DNA of 64,000 nucleotides from an uncultured Candidatus Binatia bacterium (GTDB lineage: Bacteria > Desulfobacterota > Binatia > Bin18), in assembly GCA_965204455.1 (NCBI GenBank), contig CBDBEO010000006.1, forward strand, positions 12,980 to 76,979. Reading direction: 5' to 3'. The notes below the pieces were generated by a model. It was given only the letters and a program-made list of their open reading frames with translations, ran no database searches and was not told the origin of the DNA. Below are positions 28,608 through 37,555 of this stretch, in pieces; the stretch's first letter is position 1, and each line of letters starts with the position of its first letter. A program made the translations under genes and the position numbers.

Positions 28608-28812
28608 GGTGGCCGTGGCCGTGGCGCTCCTTGGGACGGCCGGCTGTGCCCATCGGGAGTTGACGGCGCCCTGCTCGGACTATAAGGCGGCCCGCTTTGC
28701 CCCGACGGCCGCCCAGCCGGGCGCCATCCCGTGTGACCGGCCGCTGCCGATGGCGCGGCCGCCCTGGACAGCAGCTCTGGATCAGCCTTTGGCTGGTCCA
28801 GTGGGAGGGTAA
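28576..28812 (+). CDS. Small lipoprotein (VirB7-like or entry-exclusion-like)
   Basis: Lipobox-like LLGTAGC; lies between virB5 and virB6. Confidence 0.6.
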   Translation: MKTWRWKTGAKVAVAVALLGTAGCAHRELTAPCSDYKAARFAPTAAQPGAIPCDRPLPMARPPWTAALDQPLAGPVGG

Positions 28813-28942
28813 GAGCATGGCCCTCCTACCTCGGGGCGCGGGTGGGTGTCTGATCCACCACCCGCCCGCGTCTTTTTCCTGCTTTCCACCCTGGACCGCA
28901 GCCCTGGACCACCCGACAGGTGAGTCAGTGGGAGGGTAGCGC

Positions 28943-29938
28943 ATGCCGGCGGTCCGCAGCATTATTGACCAGACCGAGGCCGCCACCCAGACGTATGTCC
29001 TGAACGTCTGGACCGCGTTCGACACCGCCGCCGAACCGCTCATCCTGACGGGGGCGACGGCAGCGCTGGCCGTCACCGGCTACGTGCTGCTGACCGGCCA
29101 ACTCGGGATGCGGGTGAGCGAGCTGCTGCCCCGGCTGGTACGCTGGGCGATTATCCTGACGCTGCTGCTCAACATGCCGCAACTCTTCGGCCTCGCCTTT
29201 CCGCTGGTCACGGACGTGCCGGAGGGCATTGCCCAATTCCTACTGACGCTCGCCCCGCGCGCGCCGACCGAAGCCGAGGTCATCGGCATGATCGAAGCGG
29301 TCATGCAGGCCGGGATCAACGCCGCCTCGCGGGTGTGGCAGGACGCCGGCTATTTCAGCCCGACGCCCTACATCATTGCCAGCCTGCTGCTGCTCACCGC
29401 CCTGCTCCTGGCCATCGTCGCCACGGTGCTGCTCGTACTGAGCAATCTGGCAGTCGGCATCCTCCTGGCCGTGGGGCCGTTCTTCCTGATCCTGCGCCTG
29501 CTCGATGTCGGCAAGGGCTTGTTTGAGGGCTGGCTCCGCCAACTCCTCACCTTCGCGCTGGTACCGATCTTCGTCTACAGCCTGATCGCCCTCAATTTCA
29601 CCATTCTGGAGGAGTCCCACCTCCAGCTCACGGCGGCCACCCAACCCGGCGCGATTGTCACGCTGACCACGGTGATTCCGTTTGTCCTGGTCGGGATCGC
29701 CAACCTGGTGCTGCTCACCCAAGTCATGTCCTGGGCCGGCGGCGTGGGCGGCGGGATCGCGCTGGCGGTCGGCGCCGGCACCGTCATCCACGGCGTCCAG
29801 CAGGCCGCCCAGGTCACGGTCGCCACGGGCCGGGCCGTGGGCCGGGCCACGGCGGCTGGCGTCGGGGCCGCGAGCGGCGCGGCCGTCAAGTACGGGCCGG
29901 GGATCGCGCGGCGGATCGGGATGGGGGGGCCATGGTGA
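28943..29938 (+). CDS. virB6: T4SS VirB6
   Basis: Polytopic membrane protein; LLAVGPFF..KGLFEGWLRQL. Confidence 0.9.
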   Translation: MPAVRSIIDQTEAATQTYVLNVWTAFDTAAEPLILTGATAALAVTGYVLLTGQLGMRVSELLPRLVRWAIILTLLLNMPQLFGLAFPLVTDVPEGIAQFLLTLAPRAPTEAEVIGMIEAVMQAGINAASRVWQDAGYFSPTPYIIASLLLLTALLLAIVATVLLVLSNLAVGILLAVGPFFLILRLLDVGKGLFEGWLRQLLTFALVPIFVYSLIALNFTILEESHLQLTAATQPGAIVTLTTVIPFVLVGIANLVLLTQVMSWAGGVGGGIALAVGAGTVIHGVQQAAQVTVATGRAVGRATAAGVGAASGAAVKYGPGIARRIGMGGPW

Positions 29939-29951
29939 AAGGAGCGCACAG

Positions 29952-30656
29952 ATGAAGCTGTGGCCGGCTTTTCTCGGCGGAAGCGCGGCCGCGCAAGATG
30001 CACCCTGGGACGCGGCGAAAACCTGGGAGCGGGAAACGTATCTTGCGCTCCGCCGCTCGACCCGCCGCGCCTGGGCCTGCGCCCTGGCCGCAACGCTCCT
30101 GGCCGCGCTGGCCCTGTGCGCTTTGATTCTGGTTCTGCCCCTGAAAGAGTTCGCCCCGTATGTCGTGACGGTCGATAAGAATACGGGTTGGCTGGAAGTC
30201 ACGCGGGGTCTCCATCCGGGCCATCTCCCGCACAGCGAGGCCCTGACCATTGCGAATATCGTGCGCTGCTTGACGGCGCGGGAGAGCTTTGATGCGACCG
30301 ACTACCCCCAGCGCTACCGGGAGGTCGGCCTGTGCATGACCGACCGGGCGCTGGACGCCTACCGCCGCCTCCACGCCCCGACGAACGAAAATGCCCCGGC
30401 CGCCCTGTACGGCTACGAGGGCATTGTCCGGGTGGAGATCAGCGCGGTGAATCTGCTGTCCGAGACCACGGCCCTGGCCTCGTTCCGCACGATCCTCGAA
30501 TACCAGGGCCGCGAAACCATCAACCATTGGCGGGCCGCGATGACGTTTGCCTACACCGACAAGCAGTTCACCATGCGGGATCGGTTCATCAATCCGCTCG
30601 GCTTTCAGATTTCGTCCTATCGGCGCGATCCCGACTTAGCCCCGACACAGGAGTAA
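29952..30656 (+). CDS. virB8: T4SS VirB8
   Basis: PLKEFAPYVVTVDKNTG ... NPLGFQISSY. Confidence 0.95.
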   Translation: MKLWPAFLGGSAAAQDAPWDAAKTWERETYLALRRSTRRAWACALAATLLAALALCALILVLPLKEFAPYVVTVDKNTGWLEVTRGLHPGHLPHSEALTIANIVRCLTARESFDATDYPQRYREVGLCMTDRALDAYRRLHAPTNENAPAALYGYEGIVRVEISAVNLLSETTALASFRTILEYQGRETINHWRAAMTFAYTDKQFTMRDRFINPLGFQISSYRRDPDLAPTQE

Positions 30657-30659
30657 GCT

Positions 30660-31601
30660 ATGTGTCACGTTTTCCTCACCCTGGCCCTCGTAGCTGCCTC
30701 GGCCGCCTCGGCCTTCGCTGCGGCCGACCCGTCTCCCGGCCACCTGGACCCGCGCCTGCGCTGGGTGGTTTACAACGAACGCGAGGTCGTGGAAGTCACG
30801 GGCCACTACGGCTACCAGGTCCTCGTGCAATTCGGGGCGACGGAGGAAGTCATCGACGTGTCGATTGGCGACGGCCGGGCTTGGCTGGTGGAGATCCCGA
30901 GCCGCAAAAATCTGCTCTTTCTCAAGCCAGCCGAGCCCCACGCCACCACCAACCTGACGGTCCTGACCAGCCGGGCGGCGCTCGACGGCTCGGGCGAACG
31001 AACCCGGATATACGTCTTCAGCTTGGTGGCGGCCGTACCGCGTCAGGAAGGCATTTCGGCCGCGCTCCGTGCAGCCGAACGCGAGGCCGCCATTCCCAGC
31101 AGCAGCCCACGGGCCGAGCCAACCACCGCCGCCGACTTTACCTGGCTCATCAGCTTTCACTACCCTGAGGATCAGGCCGAACGTCTGGCAATGCGGGTCC
31201 AGCGGAGCCAGGACCGCCACGCATCGCGGGTCAGCCCCGGCCGGGCCGGGACCGAGACGGGCATCGACCCGGCGGCCTGGAATTGGCAGTACACGTTCGC
31301 CGGCGCCAGCTCCCAAGCGCCGGTCAACGTCTTTGACGACAACGAGCACACCTACTTTCAATTCGACCCCAAGACGCGGGTGCCGGCCATCTTCCTCGTC
31401 CATCCGGACGAAACGGAAAGCCTCGTCAATGTCGTTCGCCGCGGCCGCTTTCTGGTCGTGCATGATGTGGCCCGACAGTTCACCCTGCGGAACGGAGAGA
31501 TCGAGACGTGTGTCTTCAATGAAGCCTGGGACCCGGAGCCGGGCCGGACGCTGAACAGTCCCCGGGAAGACCCGGCCTATCAGGACACCGGTCTGCTGTA
31601 A
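30660..31601 (+). CDS. virB9: T4SS VirB9
   Basis: DPRLRWVVY, LFLKP, TNLTVLT, VFDD..HTYFQF, PAIF. Confidence 0.95.
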   Translation: MCHVFLTLALVAASAASAFAAADPSPGHLDPRLRWVVYNEREVVEVTGHYGYQVLVQFGATEEVIDVSIGDGRAWLVEIPSRKNLLFLKPAEPHATTNLTVLTSRAALDGSGERTRIYVFSLVAAVPRQEGISAALRAAEREAAIPSSSPRAEPTTAADFTWLISFHYPEDQAERLAMRVQRSQDRHASRVSPGRAGTETGIDPAAWNWQYTFAGASSQAPVNVFDDNEHTYFQFDPKTRVPAIFLVHPDETESLVNVVRRGRFLVVHDVARQFTLRNGEIETCVFNEAWDPEPGRTLNSPREDPAYQDTGLL

Positions 31602-31614
31602 GGAGGAGGCGACT

Positions 31615-32787
31615 ATGGCTGAGCCGGAAGCGCCCCGCCCGGACAACGGCAACGGCGAGACCACCACCCGGATCGACCGGGACATGACCCCGCTGCGGGG
31701 GCCGATGAAACCCAACATCCCCCTCGCCCTCGGTGCGGCGGGGATCATTCTGGTGGGAGGCTTGTCGTTCGTCTTGTGGCGGGCGGGGGACAGCGGGCCG
31801 GAGGAACGCGCCCGGCAGGTCACTCCACAGGAAGCCCAGCCCATTACCCCGCCCTCCGAAGAACCGGCACCCGTGCTCCCCCTCCCGCCCTCAGCGCCCC
31901 CGACCGTTGCCGACCAGCCGCCGGTCGATCCGCTGGCCGAGCAACGCGCGCGCCTGTTGCTGGCCCGGATTCGCCGCCTGCAAAAAGAAATGGATGACCG
32001 CCGCCGTTCCAAGATGCTCGTCGTCTCGGAGTCCTCGGCGGCCCGCCCTGGCTCTGCACCGGTCGCGGTGCCTGCCAATGGAGCGCCCGGCTCGGCTCCG
32101 GCGCCGACCCTGCTGGGCGGCGCAGGGGCCGACACTACCCCGCGTATGGGCGATGTCGGCCCGGTCGAGCAGCAAGAGGCTGTCCCCGCCCGCCTCCTGC
32201 GCACCACAGCCTACACGATCACCGAAGGGACCGTCATCCCAGCCGTCCTGGAAACCGCCATCAACTCCGACTTGCCGGGCCTGGTCCGGTCCGTCAACGC
32301 GGCCGATGTGTACTCGCACGATGGCTCGCAGCTCCTCATCCCCAAAGGCTCCCGCCTCGTCGGTCGCTACCAGTCGGATATCCGCCGCGGGCAGGTCCGG
32401 GTGTTCATCATCTGGACCCGGATTATCCGGGCCGATGGCCTGTCGGTGATGATTAACTCGCCGGGGACCGATCCGCTCGGCCGGGCGGGGGTGGAGGGCG
32501 ATGTGGACACGCATTTCTTTCAGATTTTCGGGGCGGCGATTCTGCTGTCCATCCTGGACGGCGGGATAGACGTGGCGATTGAAATGGCCCGGCGGCAAGG
32601 CGATGACAGCACGGCCATCATGCAACGCGACCGGGGCATGAGCCGGGCCGCCGAGCTGGCACTACAGGACTCGATCCGGATTCAGCCCACCATTCACATT
32701 GACCAGGGCACGGCCATTTCCATCCAGGTGGCCCGCGATCTGGATTTTGAGGCGGTCGAAATGGCCCGCGCCGGGCAGGGGAACTGA
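31615..32787 (+). CDS. virB10: T4SS VirB10
   Basis: Pro-rich linker; GTVIPAVLETAINSDLPG; VARDLDF. Confidence 0.96.
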   Translation: MAEPEAPRPDNGNGETTTRIDRDMTPLRGPMKPNIPLALGAAGIILVGGLSFVLWRAGDSGPEERARQVTPQEAQPITPPSEEPAPVLPLPPSAPPTVADQPPVDPLAEQRARLLLARIRRLQKEMDDRRRSKMLVVSESSAARPGSAPVAVPANGAPGSAPAPTLLGGAGADTTPRMGDVGPVEQQEAVPARLLRTTAYTITEGTVIPAVLETAINSDLPGLVRSVNAADVYSHDGSQLLIPKGSRLVGRYQSDIRRGQVRVFIIWTRIIRADGLSVMINSPGTDPLGRAGVEGDVDTHFFQIFGAAILLSILDGGIDVAIEMARRQGDDSTAIMQRDRGMSRAAELALQDSIRIQPTIHIDQGTAISIQVARDLDFEAVEMARAGQGN

Positions 32788-32791
32788 CACG

Positions 32792-33898
32792 ATGGCCGAG
32801 CACGGACGGGAAACGGGCGTCTTCCTCAAGCGGTTTCTGCAACCGATCCAGCCCTGGCTGGAACAGGACAACGTGTCGGAGGTTGTCGTGAACCGGCCGG
32901 GGGAGGCGTGGGTGGAGGAGCAGGGCGCACGGGGCATGGTCCGCAAAGCGATTCCGGACCTGACCGACCGGTCGCTGGTCCAGCTCGCCCGCCAAGTGGC
33001 GGCCGCCTCGCATCAGGAAGTCAACGAACAGAAACCCTTGCTCTCGGCCGCGCTGCCGTCAGGCGAGCGGATACAAGTCGTGCTGCCGCCGACCGCCATC
33101 GACGGCGGGGGCTTTGCGATTCGCCGCCAGGTCGTCCAGAACCTCAGCCTGGACGACTACGCCGCGCGCGGCGCGTTTCAGCGCGCCCGGCTCACCGCGG
33201 CCGACCATCGCTCCCCGCTCGATCTCCGGCTTGCCGAGCTGCTGGCCAGCCGCGATTGGCCCGGTTTCCTGTCGGCGGCCGTGGCCGGCCGCAAGAACAT
33301 GCTCATTGTCGGCGGGACAAGCACCGGCAAGACCACCTTCTTCAACGCCATGGCCAAGGAGATTCCGGAGCATGAACGGCTCGTCTCGCTCGAAGACACG
33401 CCGGAGTTGGCGCTGCCACAGCCGAATGTCTTGCGGATGATCGCCAGCAAGGGCGGGCAAGGCCAGGCCCGGGTCACAATCCAGGACTTGTTAGAAGCGA
33501 GCCTCCGGCTGCGCCCGGACCGGATTCTGCTGGGCGAGCTGCGGGGCAGCGAGGCGTACACGTTTCTCCAGGCCGTCAATACCGGGCATCCCGGCTCGAT
33601 CTCCACACTGCATGCCGACAGCCCCCGCGCCGCGTTTGAGCGGCTGACGCTCATGGTCATGCAAGCCAACCTGGGCCTGCGCCGGGATGAAATCCTGGAA
33701 TATATCCGGTCGGTGGTGGAGGTCATCGTCCAACTGGCCCGGATGCCGAACGGAGAGCGGATCGTGAGCGAAATCTATTTTGCGCACGCGCCGCAAGGGT
33801 CGGAAGGGAAGCGAGGGGCGCCAAAGCGGCGCGGCCGCCCTCCCAAAGTCCGCGATCTTGAGAGGGCACGGACACCGGGAGGGGCGGCCGGTGGGTAG
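32792..33898 (+). CDS. virB11: T4SS ATPase VirB11
   Basis: GGTSTGKTT, LRLRPDRILLGELRG, NTGHPGSISTLHA. Confidence 0.97.
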   Translation: MAEHGRETGVFLKRFLQPIQPWLEQDNVSEVVVNRPGEAWVEEQGARGMVRKAIPDLTDRSLVQLARQVAAASHQEVNEQKPLLSAALPSGERIQVVLPPTAIDGGGFAIRRQVVQNLSLDDYAARGAFQRARLTAADHRSPLDLRLAELLASRDWPGFLSAAVAGRKNMLIVGGTSTGKTTFFNAMAKEIPEHERLVSLEDTPELALPQPNVLRMIASKGGQGQARVTIQDLLEASLRLRPDRILLGELRGSEAYTFLQAVNTGHPGSISTLHADSPRAAFERLTLMVMQANLGLRRDEILEYIRSVVEVIVQLARMPNGERIVSEIYFAHAPQGSEGKRGAPKRRGRPPKVRDLERARTPGGAAGG

Positions 33899-33990
33899 CG
33901 GCGCCTTCGTTATCTTCCTCCTGCTGGCCACGCTGTTGGGGCTGGTTCCACTGCTACGCTACAGCAAAGAACCGGAGTAGGGGGTGTCCG

Positions 33991-34185
33991 ATGGTTGGTT
34001 CTCTCATCGTCTACGCGCTCACGCTCATCGGCCCGGCCGCCTTGGCGGGCGGGTATCGCCCCGAGACGCGGGCTGGCCTGATGGTCGTCCTCATCATGTC
34101 GCTGGCCGCCGCGCTCACGCTCGGGATGCTCCTCGGCCGGTGGCTGTCTCAGCGGCCGTCCGGAGAGACAGGGAAGGGCGGTTAG
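33991..34185 (+). CDS. Small two-TM membrane protein
   Basis: Two hydrophobic helices; lies between virB11 and virD4. Confidence 0.5.
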   Translation: MVGSLIVYALTLIGPAALAGGYRPETRAGLMVVLIMSLAAALTLGMLLGRWLSQRPSGETGKGG

Positions 34186-34248
34186 TGGAGCGGTAGCGCT
34201 GCGGGTAGCGGTTGGCTGACGCAGGCGAGGGAGAAGAAGAGGTCTCCG

Positions 34249-36018
34249 ATGGACAATAAATGGCCGATCATCGGCGGGACATTCTTGGGGCTGCTGGTGG
34301 TGTCGTTCGCCTGGAGCGCGGCGCTGACTTTCCTCCTCACCCACTCAATAAAAGCGCTCAACGCCATGCAACCCTGGGCGGTCTACCATTTCATGTGGAC
34401 CTACGGGGTGACGGGCCGGGCCGGCACACTCTTGTGGCATTCGCTGGTAATCGCGGTCGTCTGCACGGGCCTGGCCTCCCTCCCATTCTTTTTCCTCCGC
34501 CAGCCGAATTGGTACGGGGACGCGCGCTGGGCGCGCTGGGGTGAGATTCGCCGGGCGAAGCTCACGGCCACGGCCGGGCTGATCCTGGGCAGGAAGGGCG
34601 GCAAGCCGCTGGTCAACGCCGAGCCCATTCATGTCTTAGTCGCCGCGCCGACCCGCAGCGGCAAAGGCGTCGGCGTGGTCATCCCGAACCTGCTGTTCTG
34701 GCAGGACAGCGTTGTTGTCTTGGACATCAAGCACGAAAACTACGCGGCCACGGCCGGGTATCGCCGCCAGCTCGGCGGTTCCACGGTTTTTAAGTGGTCG
34801 CCGATGGACGAACGCTCGCACCGCTATAACCCCTTTGATTTCATTGCCCAAGAAGGGCCGCGGCGGATCACCGATATGCAGCTGCTCGCCACCATCTTGC
34901 TGCCCACGGCTCCTCGTTCCGATCCCATGTGGACCAACGAGGCCCGGGACTTGTTCCTGGGGATCGCGCTGCTCGTGCTCGACGATCCGGACGTGCCCTC
35001 AACGCTCGGCCAAGTGTACCGGACACTCAAGCAGGAAATGAACCTCGCCGCGGTGGCGAAACTGGCGCTCGAACAGACCGACTTTCCGCTTGATCCCATC
35101 TGTCGCCAGGCCCTCGCCAATTTCGTCTACAAGGCGGACAAGGAGCAAAGCGGGGTCAAGTCTACGCTCACGTCCGCACTCAACCTGTGGGCGAATCCGC
35201 ACATTGACGCGGCTACGGCCGCCTCGGATTTTGACCTGCGGACGTTCCGCAAACAGCGCGCCTCGGTCTTTGTCGGCGTAGCGCAGGATCAGCTCATCAC
35301 CCTCGCTCCGCTCCTCAACCTGTTCTTCCAGCAGGCCGTGGCCACCTTGAGCCATGCCCTGCCCGGGGCGGACGAAACCCACGACGTGCTGTTCATGATC
35401 GACGAGTTTCCCATGCTCGGGAAAATGGACAGCCTGGCAAAGGGCCTGGCCCTGCTCGCCGGCTACAAAATCCGGATCGTCCTCATCACCCAGGGTCTCG
35501 GCCAGCTCAAGGAGATATACGGCCCGGGCGGCCAGGAAGGTATCCTCCAAAACTGCGCCCTCCAAGTCTTCTTTGCCAGCAACGATGATTCCACCACCAA
35601 CTACATCTCCGGCCGCCTGGGCACAAAGACGGTCCAGATCAAAAGCCGCAGCCAAGCGCAGGACTGGAAAACCACCACGTCTATGAGCTACATCGCCCGG
35701 CCGCTGATGGCGCCGGAGGAAGTCCGCCGCCTCGATCCGGCCAAAGCCATCCTGTTCAAGGAGGGCTCGCGCCCGCTCCTGGCCCGCAAGATCAGATATT
35801 ACAGCGACCGGCTGTTTACCCGCCGGCTGCTTGATCCGCCGGCGGTCCCCGTCCTGGAAATTCCCGCGCCGCCCTTGGGCCGCGCCGAGCGCGCGGGACT
35901 TGAGCTTGCAGAAATGATCCAGCGTAGCGCGCCCGCGCAAGAGCCGGGCGAGACGCCGACGCCGGCCGAGCTGGAAGCGATCTATGCCAGTTTCGGCGCG
36001 TCCCGGCCGGCCGCGTAA
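34249..36018 (+). CDS. virD4: Type IV coupling protein VirD4/TraG
   Basis: APTRSGKGVGVVIPNL, LDIKHEN, MIDEFPMLG. Confidence 0.97.
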   Translation: MDNKWPIIGGTFLGLLVVSFAWSAALTFLLTHSIKALNAMQPWAVYHFMWTYGVTGRAGTLLWHSLVIAVVCTGLASLPFFFLRQPNWYGDARWARWGEIRRAKLTATAGLILGRKGGKPLVNAEPIHVLVAAPTRSGKGVGVVIPNLLFWQDSVVVLDIKHENYAATAGYRRQLGGSTVFKWSPMDERSHRYNPFDFIAQEGPRRITDMQLLATILLPTAPRSDPMWTNEARDLFLGIALLVLDDPDVPSTLGQVYRTLKQEMNLAAVAKLALEQTDFPLDPICRQALANFVYKADKEQSGVKSTLTSALNLWANPHIDAATAASDFDLRTFRKQRASVFVGVAQDQLITLAPLLNLFFQQAVATLSHALPGADETHDVLFMIDEFPMLGKMDSLAKGLALLAGYKIRIVLITQGLGQLKEIYGPGGQEGILQNCALQVFFASNDDSTTNYISGRLGTKTVQIKSRSQAQDWKTTTSMSYIARPLMAPEEVRRLDPAKAILFKEGSRPLLARKIRYYSDRLFTRRLLDPPAVPVLEIPAPPLGRAERAGLELAEMIQRSAPAQEPGETPTPAELEAIYASFGASRPAA

Positions 36019-36028
36019 AGAAGAGACG

Positions 36029-37543
36029 ATGGATCAGGAGACGTTGAACAAGACCCTGGCCGCCCATCACATCTGGCTGGAGAGCGCCGGCCAGGACGGC
36101 CAGCGCGCCGACCTGTCGGGGGCGGACCTGCGCTTCCTCGATCTGAGTGGGGCGAGACTCAAGGAAGCCGTCTTACACGGCGCCGACTTAGTGGGCACAA
36201 ATCTGACCGACGCGGACCTCGAAGCAGCGGACCTCGAAGGCGCCACGCTGTTAGGAGCGCGGCTGGAAGGGGCAAACCTGGAGCGCGTTCACGCGCCGGG
36301 GGTGAACTTCTTTAGCGCCAATATGACGGCCGCCAGTCTGCGCGGCGCCGACTTGCGAGAGGCGCTCCTCCAAGAGGCGACCTTGACGCAAGCCAAGCTG
36401 CACGACGCGACCTTGACGGAGGCCAACCTCCTCAAAGCCATGCTGCGAGAGGCCGACCTCACGGCCGCTGATCTCCGGCGCACGGAGCTGACCCACGCCT
36501 ACCTTGGCTACGCCGGCATGGAGCGGGCGCAGGTGCAGGAGGCGACCCTACGGCATGCCTCACTGGAAGCGGCCGACCTGCGCGACGCCCGGTTTGACGG
36601 CGCGAACCTGGAAGGGGCCTGTGTCCGCGAGGCCCACGCCCCCGGTGTCATCTTTGCAGCGGCGAATTTGCACGAAGTCGATTTTACACAGGCCAATCTC
36701 CGCGGCGCCCGGCTGGACAAGGCGAACCTGGAAGGGGCGCTGTTTCTGGACGCGGATCTGGCTGGAATTACGCGGCAAGGCGCCACGCTCGGGCCGGAAT
36801 TTGACCAAGTGTTAGCCGAGCATCACGCCTGGATGCGAGCCCAAGGGGGGGAGCGCGCCGAACGCGTCACGGCTCAGCTCGCGGAAGTTGAATTATCGGA
36901 ATTGAGACATGCCGTGCGCCGGGCCAGCGACATGACGGATGCCTACACGTCCACACACTCCGACCTGGAGACCCTTCCGGCGGATGCTTCCCCCGACGCA
37001 ATAGCTCACGCCCAGAATTCCGCGCGCGGCTCTTTGAAAGAAGGCGACGATAGAGAGGCATACGAATACGCCTATCACGGATACCGCAGCGATGGCGGTG
37101 TCCCTTCCGGGACAGCATGGGAAGACCTGCGCCCCGCCTACTTTGATGCGTTCATACGCAACCACGGCCTCATTGAGCCGGAACCGACCCGCTGGGAGAG
37201 GATCAAGCAGCGCGTCGGAGCCTGGTTCTCGCGGGAGGACACGCCCGCCCCGAACCTCGACTGGGCGCCGGCCGCTGCGCCATCCCCCGAAAGCCACGCG
37301 GACCGCGATCCGGCCGTAGGCCAGCATCGCGCGCCCGCCAAGCGGACACCGACGCGGGAGGACGCCCAGGCGGCCTGTGCGCAGATTCTGGCCCAGCCCG
37401 AGGAGACCCGGGCGGCCATCGCGCAGATGGCGGACCCAGCCGAGCGGGCCAAAGCCGCACAGCTCTTGGCAATAGTCGAGCAAGACGCCGCCGCCCGCCA
37501 GCGAACGCCTGAGCGCGCCGCTGCCGCCGAGCGGGACCGCTAA
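36029..37543 (+). CDS. Pentapeptide-repeat protein with a candidate T4SS C-terminal translocation tail
   Basis: Long A(D/N)Lxx repeat tract; C-terminal about 115 aa shared with the next gene; ends RQRTPERAAAAERDR. Confidence 0.9.
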   Translation: MDQETLNKTLAAHHIWLESAGQDGQRADLSGADLRFLDLSGARLKEAVLHGADLVGTNLTDADLEAADLEGATLLGARLEGANLERVHAPGVNFFSANMTAASLRGADLREALLQEATLTQAKLHDATLTEANLLKAMLREADLTAADLRRTELTHAYLGYAGMERAQVQEATLRHASLEAADLRDARFDGANLEGACVREAHAPGVIFAAANLHEVDFTQANLRGARLDKANLEGALFLDADLAGITRQGATLGPEFDQVLAEHHAWMRAQGGERAERVTAQLAEVELSELRHAVRRASDMTDAYTSTHSDLETLPADASPDAIAHAQNSARGSLKEGDDREAYEYAYHGYRSDGGVPSGTAWEDLRPAYFDAFIRNHGLIEPEPTRWERIKQRVGAWFSREDTPAPNLDWAPAAAPSPESHADRDPAVGQHRAPAKRTPTREDAQAACAQILAQPEETRAAIAQMADPAERAKAAQLLAIVEQDAAARQRTPERAAAAERDR

Positions 37544-37555
37544 GAGGAGAGTCTT

